A stretch of DNA of 63,961 nt, filler included, from Reclinomonas americana ATCC 50394 (lineage: Eukaryota): the NCBI GenBank assembly GCA_048213135.1. It is 11 parts of 9 records of this genome, joined end to end, with 100 filler letters (N's around TTAATTAATTAA, not from the genome) between each part and the next. Parts side by side here need not be neighbours in the genome. Positions count along the whole stretch, not along the records: positions 1 to 16,044 come from PS016041.1; 10 more parts are not named here. One strand, given 5' to 3'. The notes below the pieces were generated by a model, which was given only the letters and a program-made list of their open reading frames with translations, had not been told where the DNA came from and did not search any database. The position numbers were made by a program, and so were the translations under genes. This document shows, in pieces, positions 1 through 12,998 of this stretch (positions are counted from its first letter, which is position 1; the number at the start of each line of letters is the position of its first letter).

Positions 1-3000
1 CAAGGAGAGCAATCGCTGCTCGTCAATAAACAACTCGATGCCCTGGCCCAACTTGTCCAGAAAACTGTACACGACGCAGTGAGCGTGGGACCGCTGCGAT
101 TTCCCTTTCCCTCCTGTCCAGTTGACTCTCTCTACCTGAAGATACGCGGACGCGGAAAGTCGCCGTGTACGTCCTCCAAACGGAGCCACAGGCACACCGT
201 GTAGCCCTTCTTGCCCGGCCATTGCGTCACTGGCGACAACAGCATCAAGCCCTGCATGTGGCGTGAGGAGAGTACGCACGAAAAGAACACTGTTACACCA
301 CATGAGCCCCGCACCGAATCAAAGCCCGAAAAGTCAAAGAATGCCTGCGGACCGAGTTTCTTGGTCATTTTCTGCACTGCCGTCAACACTCGCGGCAGCA
401 GCGCGTCCTGCACGCACGACTGTGAGCACACGCCATTCCTCAAGAGCACGTCACCCACAGCTCACTCAAGCGCACCTGTGGATCGCGCGAGTGCCGCTTG
501 AGGAACTGAAACAGACGCTTGAGCTCCATGACGGTGATGCTGTGGGCACCGACCAACTGCATGAGGTCGACCAGCCGATCGGACACGTGCGGCTCAGTCA
601 CTTGGTCCAACATGTCGAGAATGTGACTGGTGAGGCACGCGAACGCGCACGACGACTGATTCAGCACGCTGTTGTTGACGACTGTGCAGTACAACCGACA
701 AAAGGACCGAGTGAGCACACCAAACGCATGCGACACCTCACCGTGCATCACACACACGCAACTCTGGTGGAACGTGTCCAGCACTTGCAGTTTCACTTCG
801 TCGTCGGCCGACAGGACGAGCTGCAGAATGACCTGAATCACGTCCGAGTTGCGGATTGTGTAGTTCCTCTCCAGACTGAATTCGCCGTCCACGAGCTGTG
901 TGCGTGACGGGAGAGCTGAGTGAGAGGTGCACTGACACCAGCAGCATGCCCAACACGCTCACCATGTCGAACAGTGCGTCAAACAGCGCGGACGACGGGC
1001 GCCCACGCTCAAGTGTGTGGAGCCACACGGTAAACTGGTGGTACTGCACCTTCTTCGCAAAGTGTCGCTTCGACTTGCCGAAACCGGCCATGAACGCGGT
1101 CACCATGAGTACCACCTCCACGGCCAGTGTCGTGCCGTCCACTTGCCAGCGATCCATCATCTCTCTCGACAGATCCAGCAGACGCGCAGTTGATTCGAAA
1201 CCAGCCACCTGCAATTGTGCGTGTAGTGAGTATGCAACGCAGGGAACAAGCAGGGGAGAGCAATACTAAGAGGAAGCGAGATGATGATTGATACCTCACG
1301 GAAAATGGTTTGCATCACCGAGCGCGTGCCCGAATCGGTCGCTGATCTCGTGGTCGAGTATACACGATCGCGCAGCATGTGGAACATGCGGTAGAGACGG
1401 CTGAGGTTGCCCTGCGACGGCGCCTCCGTGATGCTGCAGGCACATCTCACGGTCAGGTTTTTCCTTCTCCACGCACACATGGCGCCACCGCCACACGCAA
1501 CGAGAGCAGCTCGCCAACGAGTCGACCAAAGAACACTTTCAGGTGCTGTCCATTGTTCGACGACTGGCCACATCACTACCGTGTCAGCAGTTAGGAAGAC
1601 AACAAGGGACGACCACTCCACGCACCCGAATCTTCAGAATGCTCGCCAACAAGTCCAGCGCCATGTCAGTGACCTTGGGGTCCGCTTGCAGCAGCATCAG
1701 CACATCAACGTATTCGTACATCTCGCTCAACACGCCACGACTCTTTTCGTGTGCGTTGCACAGATCCTGTGTGGGTCATCGCAGAGTGTGATGTCAGTCA
1801 CGGAGATGATAATGTGGAGAAATGAGTGGGTGGCTGACGCAACCAGAATGGCCAGCAGAGTGTTCCGCGGCACGACTGGTGGAATGGCTGTGTCGGCTTG
1901 CGGCGAGCACAACCACTCGATCGTGGCGTTCTTGTACAACTCGGTGCTGCGCCCTCACGAAATCAGCTCGCAGAAACCAACTCGCTGCACACACACACGA
2001 GTCACACACCTCTCCAGCGTCAACTGCAGTGTCTTGATGATCAAGCAGAGTCGCTTCAGCAGGCCCGACTGCACACAGCCGACAAACGTCGCGTCGAACT
2101 GACGACGCAGAATCGCCAGCAGCAGCTGTGACAGGTCCTTGAGGCCCTCAATGTCGGCACCGTGATCGTCCAGCACACGCTGTGTCAGGAATGGGGGGAA
2201 TCAGACAAGCAATAACTCTCACAGACTTCGAGTGACTCGCGCAACATCGATTTGGGCAAACAGATCGTGCGGTCCCAGATCTCGATGCGTCACTGCGTTC
2301 AGCAGGAACGTGCAGATGATACGTCGCAGCAGCGCTTGCAGCCGCGCCGTCACCGCCGTAGGGACAGCTGGGAAATCAACCTGTGCGCACGCAAGTAATG
2401 AGTGGCAGTGAAGGAGATGTACACCAGTTGCTGCCGCCAGTCCTCACCAACGGGGCGGAACGGGACAACGCCGCGGCTGTTGATGACGACGATACGGACG
2501 TCACGGTATCCTCATCCGCTGCCGACTCGGCCGACGGCAGCTCCGACTGCACATAAAACATGGCCGTCGACAGCAGCACCGGGAGAATGCCCATGTGCAC
2601 CATCGACACGAAGCGTTGCTCGTCCATTTGGGTCATCTTGACATAGAGGCTCAGCGCATACAGTTGCATCTCGGGAAGCTCACTGCACGGAAACAGGCGT
2701 CAGTGCAACACTGCGGCACATCAAACCCATTTGAAACAACGCACGTCATTCTCCGACGAGCTTGCTTGTGCGCATGCATGTCGAGGTCCTCCCGCGGATC
2801 GAACGGCACCAGCAGCGCCTCCAGCACACTGTACTTGGTCGACAGCTGTCCAACAGAGTCAAAGTGCGTGAGGGTGCGCTTGACCTTTGGCGACGGTGCA
2901 ATATCGCTAAAGCTACTGCCGGCTCCATTGATAAGTGGTGACGTGGGCACTGTGGAGTCGCCATCGTTGGAGGAGGTGCCGATACTGGCACCGGTCACAG

Positions 3001-6000
3001 TGTCGGGATCTGCCACCGGCAAACTGCCGTCGTGCGACGTCGCCTCGCCTTCCTCTGACTCAGCGTCACCTCCCACAATGGCCGATGAGAATCCCACACG
3101 TGAACTCGTAATCATGGCCATGGCAGCAGCCATGCCGCTGCTGCTGGTAGTCGAGTGCGCTCGCATGCGCCGCTCAAACTCGAGCTGACCGGGGCTGCTC
3201 GAGATTGAGACAGAAACGTGAGCAGAGGACGGATGAGAGTAAATCACAGCTCCCGTCACGCACCGCAGCGACTGTCGTGGAAGTGACAGAGGCGGAGGAT
3301 GCTGTGGTGTCTGAGAGGATCGCTGCTGCAGGTCGAGAGCATTTTGCGTCATGCCACCGCGGATCAGCGGATTGGAGCCCTCTGCCACGCCAGTCAGCAG
3401 CGGTCATACACCTTGCGAATACACATACACACACCGGTGAATGTGGCCACTGCGGGTGCTGGTGGTACCATGTTGCGATCGAGCGACTGATACTTTCGCG
3501 AACCACTCGCTGCAACGACAATCTCGTGAGCAACAAATCTAGTAATGCGCGGCAGGGACAAGAGACACACCATTGAAGCTGGTACCAGAAGGGAAGGTGC
3601 TCGACCCGGAACCAGGCACGCCGATACTGGGCAGGGCACTGCTGTGCTGCCGCTGGCGAACGTGGGTTGGAGGGGCCACACGGCGCGAGAGAGCAGCCGG
3701 TAGCCGACGCGAACCGCCAGCACTGGCAGTCCCCAGGGACGACGATGTGGGTGCTGCAAGTAAACACACACACAATAACACAATGAGTGTGCCATATAGA
3801 GAGGCACACTGCCAAGCGCGACAAACCAGTCCGCTGCAAACGGAAGCACACGTCTGCCAGCTCAGAGACGGGCGAAAACAGGCGGCGGAAGATCGTGTTC
3901 TGGCCACTTGGCGGCAACGCTGCGAACAAAACAAGCACCAGTCGCAGTCAACAACGTGCAGGTGCACGAGTCGACCAACAACCACACGCACCAAACAGAG
4001 GCACATCGTCGTCAAATGTCGACCTCGTTCGAGTCACCGCGTCTGGAGACGACGGCTGGTACGGCTGGAACTGCATGCGGAACAACGACTCGGAACTCAC
4101 TGTGGTGGAATGTGAGTGCGCGGCTGTCACTTCTTTTGGGGGGTCTGTAACGTGGATTCGCTCACCAAGCGACTGTTCGTTGAGCGAGTTCAACTCCTCC
4201 GCCGACGGCACCCGTGAGAAGAAGTAACCACACATGAACAGGTAATCGACCAGACGATCACCGAGTCCCAGCGATTCCACCGCTTCGAGTCGCGCTTCGC
4301 TCGATCCTCTGCATCGGCAGTGTCAACAAGATGGAGAGAAATGCACACACACACACACAAACATTATGCACGCACATGTACGCAATGAGGGCCTCCAGCA
4401 CCAGCAGCTGGAACTCAAACTCGCTGGCGGCAATGTGCATCGCGTTCTGCGATTCCACCGTCCGCCCATCCGCAGCCACCTCCTGACCCGCCTCCAAATC
4501 ACTGAACACGACGCGGCAAGGCACAGGCGGTTAACAAATGTCACGACGCATTGCGTGCACACAGTGACACACACCTGTCAGAGGCATTGAGTCGCAGCGA
4601 CGAGGCCAACTTGGACGGCCAGCCCAGCGAATTGACAAGCACAGGAAGGCCACCGAACGCGGCAAACTTGTCGGTGCGCTCTCGCGGCAAATGTTCATGT
4701 TGGATGAGACGGCCGGCGACCAGCGCCAACACCGTGTTGAGGCGCATGAGCTGCGGAAAGTGCCGCCGACTCGTCAATGACCGTGCAATGCTCATGGTCT
4801 CCACCAAAATGGGGAACGTTCCCTGCGACACGGGAATTGAGAGAAAGTGAGCGCGACGACGGAGGGGTGTGTTATGTACCTGTGAAGCCAGCATCGCCAC
4901 CGATGCATGATCCCACTCCGACGACGCCTCTTGCACCACATTGCGCAGCGACAGCTCGCTGTCCAATTCCCACAATTTGATTCCCAGAAACGACGAGGTG
5001 ATGGAGAAACACTCCAACAGTTGCGACTGTGTCGCACAACATACGCAATCAATCAGTCACGCAAATCGTGATAAAATGGTGGCGAGCATGCGCCGCACCG
5101 TGAGAAATCCCAAGTACGACTCGTCCGTCTCTCGTAACCTGAGGGAGAGCATCACCTGCTCGGCCTCCGACAGGTCCTTCAGCTTGGTGTTGCATGCGCG
5201 GACAATCAAAAAGAGCCACGGGAACACGTCGTAGAATCGGAGGAGATCCAGCAAGCGGAGGTTGCGGGCAATTACCGCACACATGCGCACCATGGAGCGG
5301 CCTGGGGGCTTGGCAAACGACGCCTCCAGGTAATCGGAGCTCGACGCGGAGAACTCTGCACGCGGCATACGGTGAGCAGCGTGGACCATCACGAGGTGGG
5401 ATGCGACCAACAGACAAACAAACCCTCGCTCATGTACTTGGCGTACTCCTCCAGCTGATCCACCAGCCACTTGACCACGGGTGACGGAACACCGTCGGTG
5501 GCGCCTGCGCAGCGGAATGATCCCATCAGTTACTGCCTCACGACAGCGTGCAAGCGAAATCACACAACTGTCGTCGCCAATGCCACTGCTCTCGTTGTCG
5601 TACTGCCGCAGAAACTCGGTGACAAACTCGTCGCGCTGCGTGGGTCCCTGTGTACATCGCTCCCACAGACGGCTCAACGAGCGGCCCCCAAATGTGTGTC
5701 TAGGGAGAGGAGGAATGAGCACACACGCTCACGAGCCCAGTGCGGAGAGAGGGCGACGCAACGGCCAGTCGATGCCATCGTTGGGATCCACCTCCGGCAA
5801 CGATTCCGGCACATCCAACGCCGGCGTCACCAGATCGATTCCACTGCCACGCACAAACGTGGTGTTGCCGGCCGCCATTACACTGACCACGCCGCCGCCA
5901 CCAACAGCGCCACCACTGCCGCCACCCGCAGCTGTGCTTGCCAGTGGCGACGGAAGATCCGACGACAACAACCGTGGAGGCACAGCGACCGCCGACGTGG

Positions 6001-6094
6001 GTGATCCCACCACGCGTCCATCACTGCCACTGGCCCCCGAAGCACTGCCGCCACTCCTGGCGCGACCTCCGAACAGGCGTCGCAGAAAGCTCAT
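1..6094 (-). CDS. BEACH-domain family (neurobeachin/LRBA/Lvs-like) protein, N-terminal part; multi-exon, runs off the window
   Basis: Starts MSFLRRLFGG at 6094. Long ARM-like helical exons follow, then 'AHSITVMELKRLFQFL' and 'AFFDFSGFDS..WPGKKGYTVCLWLRLED..PRIFR', typical of the region entering the ConA/LamG-like domain of BEACH proteins. The BEACH domain itself is not in the window. Confidence 0.75.
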
Positions 6095-6751
6095 CCTCGT
6101 TGCTCACACGTGCTCCTGCTGCTGCTGCTGCTGCTGCGGATGGACGGATCCCGCGCCCCACAGACACACACACTCCTCCGGAGTACGCACACGCGGAAAT
6201 GAGGAGAAACACACGCCCGGATAACCCTATATGCGTGGCCGGAGTCAGTCTGCCAGTCAAGTCAACTCATTGTCTCACAGAGACACACATTGCTCTCGTC
6301 AAGACAACACACGCTGAAGGAGGGAATGAGGCGGAGAGAGCGCGCGCGCGCGGGAAGGGAGAGCGAGAGAGACACACACTGCGGAAGAACACGCGCATCA
6401 GGCTCCGACCTATGAAATACATTGACCGCGACTTTATCTCTCTTCCCCGCAGTCACACACACACAATGTGCAACACACAAAAGGGTGAGAGAGCAAGAGC
6501 GCGAGAGAGAAACACAGCGTGTCCTCTGCTGGCCTGCGGAAATCGCGGACATGCGTAACACACACATACGCACTCGCCCTCTCTCTCTTGCCGCCACTCA
6601 CTGTCTCTCTCTCTCTCTCTGTCCACACACCAGCGTGCAAGAGAACAACCGCGGCTGCGAGGAAGACGGCGACCAGATGATGATTGAGTGATTGAGTGAG
6701 TGTGGACAGTTTTCATTGACGTCATCTCTGTTGGTTTTTGTGCGAGAAAAG

Positions 6752-7870
6752 ATGGGCTGTGGCGGGAGCAGTCAACGAAGCGACGCGCCGGCGTTTGCGC
6801 CAATGTGCGAGGAGATTCTGGCGTGCGGGCAGGATGAGAAGCCGACAGAGGTCCTCAAGCGCGCGTTCACAAGAGCCGCAGCACCAGCAGGCGCCACTGG
6901 AGGTCTCTCTCACTCGCTCTCTCAGTGTGTGTGTCTCTCTCTCGTGTAACCATGTGTGTGTGTGTTCATGTGCGCAGAGTTGAGCGTCGTGTCGCTGGCC
7001 ATGGAGGTGCGTAACAGCAAGAGCCCGTTTTTGGTGATCAGACGTTATCATCTCACTTGTCTCAACACACACACGCACTCGCACACTCGCATGTGTGCTT
7101 GCTGTCACAGCTGCCGAATCTGTTCATGGATGCGATCCACTCGACGCGCTTTCAGGGCGCGGTCTCACAGTTGTTCTCTGGATCTTCATCGGCAAGTCGA
7201 TCCTTTACGCACGCACGCACACACACACACACACATACACGCGAGACACGCACAACGCTTGACAGACACAGAGCGGCTGCTGAGTGTTGTTTGGGGGGCG
7301 ACGGTCTATTTCCGAGGTTTTTTCGCGCCAATTGCTCACCGACTGTTGCCGTCGATCGCACGCAGGTCCACAAGGACAACGTGAATGTGTATGTGGAGAA
7401 GGCACACAAGGGTTCGTTCTGCTGCACACGTGTGTGCAGGGAGGCGAGTCACTGAGAGGCATCTGTGCGCAGCTTTTGTGACGGCCTTCCCGAACTATCA
7501 TTTCGGTGTGCCCAACCAGCAGCACGTGCAGCTGGCACTGCGAGGTGCGACGGCGACCAGTTGTTGTGATGGAGGCTTTGTCATTACAAGCAACCAATTT
7601 GTATTTCGTCGTGTACACACACAGGTGTGCTCAAGGTGTCGGGAAACAGCGACCAGTTGTTTGTGTCGCGGCAGGATTTCTGCCGCATGCTCGAGCGCGT
7701 CATGCTGGTCAGCTACATGTCGGGTGAGTGCGTGCCATTTTGTGCCCGCTGGTCGTGCCCGCTTGCTGAGACCGGTCGCCCCGTGCACAGAGTTCACGGC
7801 TCCCTCTGGCGATGCCGCCGGCGACACTCACGACGACGAGTACGGCGGGTACAGCACCGGAACGCAGTGA
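6752..7870 (+). CDS. Hypothetical N-acylated protein (MGCGGS), about 6 exons
   Basis: Exons join in frame (MGCGGSS...ELSVVSLAME|LPNLF...|VHKDNVN...|FVTAFPNY...|GVLKV...|EFTAP...GTQ*). Gly2/Cys3/Ser6 fits myristoylation plus palmitoylation. Probable GC donor at 7192. Confidence 0.65.
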
Positions 7871-7986
7871 TGCGGGGTGGAACGGAAGGCGGGTGGTACA
7901 GTGAGCGCTCCAGGGAGAGTTCAGCAGTGAAAAAAAGCAAAAAAAGAATGACGATGTACATGATGATGATGCAACGACGTGTTTTT

Positions 7987-10830
7987 CTATAGTGGTGGTG
8001 CTGATGAACCGGCGGCAGAGGTGGCCACAAAGTGTAACGAGTCGAACGCGTCCTTGACCTCGTGCAGCACGTGCGTGTTGATGTCTGCGTGACTGGCGAC
8101 GAATTGCGCGAGGCACAAGCGATCGGTACCGACCGCCACGGCTCGGGCCAGCACGCTGACCACCATGTCGCCGAGTTCGGTGTCGGCCTCCATGTCCACG
8201 CCAGAGTACTCGTGCTCTTCGCCGTCTTCGGTGGCCTCACTGGCTACCGTCCAGCGTGCCTCCACGGCGCCACCCCACATGAGCCCTGCATGCGTTTTAT
8301 GAGACAACAGTGTGGGAGCATGAGTGGGTGGGTGGGTGGGTGGATTTGACGAAACCAGGAATCATGCGGTCAATGTCGGTCTGCGCCAGGAGCGCCACCT
8401 GTGGCGCGAACTTGATGGCAGGCGAGCGCTCCATCCAAAACACGGTGAGGGTCGGCAGCAACGATCGCCTCGGCGACGTGCCACGGTCGCGCAGGAAGCT
8501 GGCCACCATGGTCTCTGGCAGCGCACAACCACCCTCGCCACCACCGTCGTCGTCGTCGTGCGAGTCCAACGCGTGGCACCACGACGTGGCCGGCAGCGAA
8601 ATCGACACACCGCACACAGCACTGAAGAGGCGGATGGTGGGGGTGGCGGCGAGATCGCGTGGAATCGTGTGCACCGACCTGGTGACGCGCGCGTGGTAAG
8701 CGAATGAAGAAAGGGGGAGACTCAATCGAGCCCACGCAACCCAATGATGAACTCGGCCAGCGGAACAAACTCCTCGTCCTCCGCCAGCGGCGTGGTCAGT
8801 GTGATGCGTGCACGCCCTGGTATGCGCACCTGCAGGCATCGCATCTCGATGTTCATCTTGGTGAAGACGGCCTCGGAGCGTGGCCAGTCCCGCCGCTGGA
8901 CCCGACCATCTCGCTCATCATCGCCGTACTCGTCAGCTGGCATGGCACTGCTGCCTGGCTTCTCATCGTCGGCCGAGTCCAGGTGCACATCAATCTGTTG
9001 CCAAAACTGTGCATCGTCCTCCACATCCTCCCGCTTCACCACCATCACCACGTCGCCGACGAGCGGGAAGTGATGTTGGAAGATGTACGGATAGGTGATG
9101 GAGTAGCCGAGGCGCGGGTCACGAATCGTCACCAGATCCGTTGCCTTGAGGTCCATGTGCAACACCGTGTCCACGATGCGCAGTGTTTTGCACACGCGGA
9201 AAAAGGCGCGCACGGCGAGTCGAGCCTCCTGGACATACGATCGCGCTCGTGGCACCACTGCGGCGCAAGGTGGGTGAGGCAAAGGAGTGTGAAAATATGA
9301 GAGGATTGCCACGAAACTCAGTCGGAGGGAGACAGTCTTGCGACTGACGACCGCGATCAGTGTCCACTGGCGCATGGGCTGCAGCGAGCCGTCATCTCGT
9401 TTGAGGTCCTGTTTGTTTTGGAAGGGAGAAGGGTGTGAGAGGAGAGTGTTGCGGTCTGCTACACGTACGCGTTGCACACGAAACGACTCGGTGGCACAGC
9501 ACAGCGGCCTCGATGGGTTCCGACTGCCCGCCAGCTGGGGGGAGCTCGAACCTGATTTCGTCACCCAGCGACATGCCGGGTGCAATCATGGTGCCCGGCA
9601 CCACCTCGCTGTCGCATCCCAGGCGCTGATTCAGCACCGCCTGCACTCCACACAGTGAGCACACGCTGTGATATGGAACCGAAGAATCACCAGTAGCGCA
9701 CGCACCTTGGCCTGTCGCAGTGTAAAATGCGACGGACATCCCTCGGCCATCGCAATCATGCGTGGTGTGTGCGTCTCGATGCGATCCGGTCGCTCGGGTG
9801 TGGTGCACACAAACGTGGCCGACACGCGCTTGGCGGTGCCTGGCCGTCGATCCGGCGTCACCTCCATCCAGTGCGCCGGGTACTGCGACGGACACACAGA
9901 GTGATGAGGAGACTCTTTCTAACACTTGTGAGTGCCCTCACGCACCTGGAACGAGAAACCACCACGCATGTCAATGAACGGCGTGTACGCCAACGCATCA
10001 CCGGCGCTCGCCAGTTCGCCACGCGACTGGGGAGCCGACAAGTGACGATTTGGCGATCGAGAGGCCGACGCAGAAGAGACCTGCGGTCGCTGCTGCTGCT
10101 GTTGTGGCTGTGGGTGAAGCGACGGTGGCGGACTGATGTTCGAGCCAATCATGGACTGCGGTGGAGGCGAGAGGCCGGTGGACGACGACGACGAGGACAG
10201 GTAGCCGGTCAGGTTGAACTTGGCAATCAGCTGTCGCCACGTCTCATCATCATCTTCATCGTCATCCTCATCATCATCATCGTCGTCGTCGTCTCCCTCC
10301 TTGCTTCGTGCTCGCCGATCGCTGTCCTCGAGATAGGGCTCCTCGCGCAGCAGTGTCGCGGTCGACCTGACGGGCGTCGACGGTGTGTGCAGCCACTCGG
10401 CGGGATCGTCGTCGGGGTCCACGCTGTGGTGTCGGTGCGGCTGCGAGGCACATGTATCTCAGACTCACACGTGTGAAGAAGAGAGAGAGAGAGATCATGA
10501 TGCGAATCACACCTGCTCTTCTTCATCGTCGTCTTCATCGTCGTCTTCATCAGTGTGCAGCACGTCCAGCGAGGCATCAGAGTCAGGTGCAGGGAGCACT
10601 GCTGTCGCGCGAGTGTTGCGCTCAGGCGACGGTGATCGTGGTGTTGGTGTGGATGACGGTGGAGATGAAGAAGTGGTACTGGTGGCGGTGACGAGTCGAT
10701 AGAGCAGGAAGCTCACGGAGGAGAGGGCGACTGCAGCACCGACGGCGTAGGCGCCCCATTGCCACCAGGGGGTAGACTGGCCGACACCGCCATCGTCGTC
10801 GTCACCGTCGACGTCGCCTTCGCGCTGCAT
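7987..10830 (-). CDS. Membrane-anchored protein with acidic tracts and three PsbP/Mog1/DcrB-like repeats
   Basis: N-terminal TM (WWQWGAYAVGAAVALSSVSFLLYRL) and D/E tracts. Three related motifs: FIDMRGGFSFQYPAHW, IRDPRLGYSITYPYIF, LFSAVCGVSISLPATSW. C-terminus ends VKDAFDSLHF. Confidence 0.55.
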
Positions 10831-11251
10831 TTCGCGCGCAATTGGAAAACGAAATTGCTTGACAGGTTAATTTTTTTGAGACGGGCCAGGCCATACACAA
10901 GGGTGCAACGTAGTGGATGGGGCAGGGAGACGGGCCAACAATGCAGCTGATGTGCCAAGCGCAACTCGAAATCGAATTTCAAGTTACTGTAACAGTGTAT
11001 ATGATCATGATCCAGATCATGATCATCAGGATCCGCCGTCACTTCTTTTGCCTTTACATCCCCACGTGTACACGGCTGCAGGTCGTATCACACACTGTAC
11101 TACAGTACATCAGTGCCAGTATTATTCACGACAGCAGCGCAGGGTGATCGCGGCCTCCTCTGGCGAAAGCTTGTAAAACCTGGTATCTTTGCCGCCCGAC
11201 GACGCCTGGAAATACACCACTCCACCGGGTCCGAGCAGCGGACCGTGGAGC

Positions 11252-12073
11252 CTACGACAGTACCGCAGACGCGGCGGTGCAGCACGACGCACAAATCCTG
11301 CAAAGCGGTGTTGACAAAGAACGGCGACAAACACTGAGCTTCAGTGCTGTCATCCTCCCCAAAAAACCTGCATCAGGGCAGAACCCAACGCCGTCGCCAG
11401 CGCACTCGTTTCTTGTCACGCTCTCGTCACTGTCGACGTCGTTGACCAGAGACGGCTTCGAGCCTTCCACCATCGACAGCTCGTCTTCGAGATCGATGAG
11501 GGAGGTCGACTGAGCTAGACAAAGGGCCTCCTCGATGAGCGTTTTCGCCTCGTGCCACACCTTCTCATCGAGGGAAACAGTTGGAGCGGCAAGGGCGCCC
11601 ATGATAACCCGGAGCACGTGTCGTGCACGGCTGTTCAGCTCACTGCTGTCGACGGCATCTTCCGAAACGTTAACTTGACCGCTGAGCTCGGCCATGCACG
11701 CAGCAACCTCTCGTAACAGGTGCTGCCTGTCAAGGTTCTCCATGTCGATCGCACCATCACTGCTGCTGTTCTCCAGTCCTTCGTCACCGAGTTTGCGCAG
11801 TGCGGTCCTCACTTGACGCATGAGCATGCTGTGCAGTGAGTCCAAAGACAGATCGCAGTGCGGTCAGCCATCGAGGCGCACAAAGAGCACTGCCTCTCCA
11901 CACTCACCACCGATAGTCATCGAAATGTGATGATGCATACACCCTCAGTCGCACTAGAGGATGGTGAAGAGCATAAGCACGGGAAGAACCACAATGCGAC
12001 AGACACCACCTTCGTCGTCCGAGAGTCTGTTCGTGCTCTCATCCGCTCGATCGCGACTGCCTCTCGCTCCCAT
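11252..12073 (-). CDS. Hypothetical protein (start uncertain)
   Basis: A 197-aa ORF with coding-like composition; two short upstream exons join in frame via GT-AG introns (..DDE|VRLRVYASSHFDDYR|CMLMRQV). Confidence 0.45.
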
Positions 12074-12277
12074 CGGAAGTTCCTCTGGTGGCCGTTGTGT
12101 GTGTGTGTTGATGCGACGAATGAGTGGCTTAGTCTCCAACTTTACAGAACCCGACTCAAGTGGCGGGAGAGGACACGACGTTCACATCCACCCCTTGCCA
12201 ACAATGGCCTCTCCTCTCTGTGACGAAAGCAACATCTGCACGAATGCAGAACGCTTTCTATTCCCCATCCGCACACA

Positions 12278-12998
12278 NNNNNNNNNNNNNNNNNNNNNNN
12301 NNNNNNNNNNNNNNNNNNNNNNNNNNNNNNNNNNNNNNNNNNNNNNNNNNNNNNNNNNNNNNNNNNNNNNNNNNNNNNNNNNNNNNNNNNNNNNNNNNNN
12401 NNNNNNNNNNNNNNNNNNNNNNNNNNNNNNNNNNNNNNNNNNNNNNNNNNNNNNNNNNNNNNNNNNNNNNNNNNNNNNNNNNNNNNNNNNNNNNNNNNNN
12501 NNNNNNNNNNNNNNNNNNNNNNNNNNNNNNNNNNNNNNNNNNNNNNNNNNNNNNNNNNNNNNNNNNNNNNNNNNNNNNNNNNNNNNNNNNNNNNNNNNNN
12601 NNNNNNNNNNNNNNNNNNNNNNNNNNNNNNNNNNNNNNNNNNNNNNNNNNNNNNNNNNNNNNNNNNNNNNNNNNNNNNNNNNNNNNNNNNNNNNNNNNNN
12701 NNNNNNNNNNNNNNNNNNNNNNNNNNNNNNNNNNNNNNNNNNNNNNNNNNNNNNNNNNNNNNNNNNNNNNNNNNNNNNNNNNNNNNNNNNNNNNNNNNNN
12801 NNNNNNNNNNNNNNNNNNNNNNNNNNNNNNNNNNNNNNNNNNNNNNNNNNNNNNNNNNNNNNNNNNNNNNNNNNNNNNNNNNNNNNNNNNNNNNNNNNNN
12901 NNNNNNNNNNNNNNNNNNNNNNNNNNNNNNNNNNNNNNNNNNNNNNNNNNNNNNNNNNNNNNNNNNNNNNNNNNNNNNNNNNNNNNNNNNNNNNNNNN
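12278..12998. other. Assembly gap (Ns)
   Basis: Run of N. Confidence 1.
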
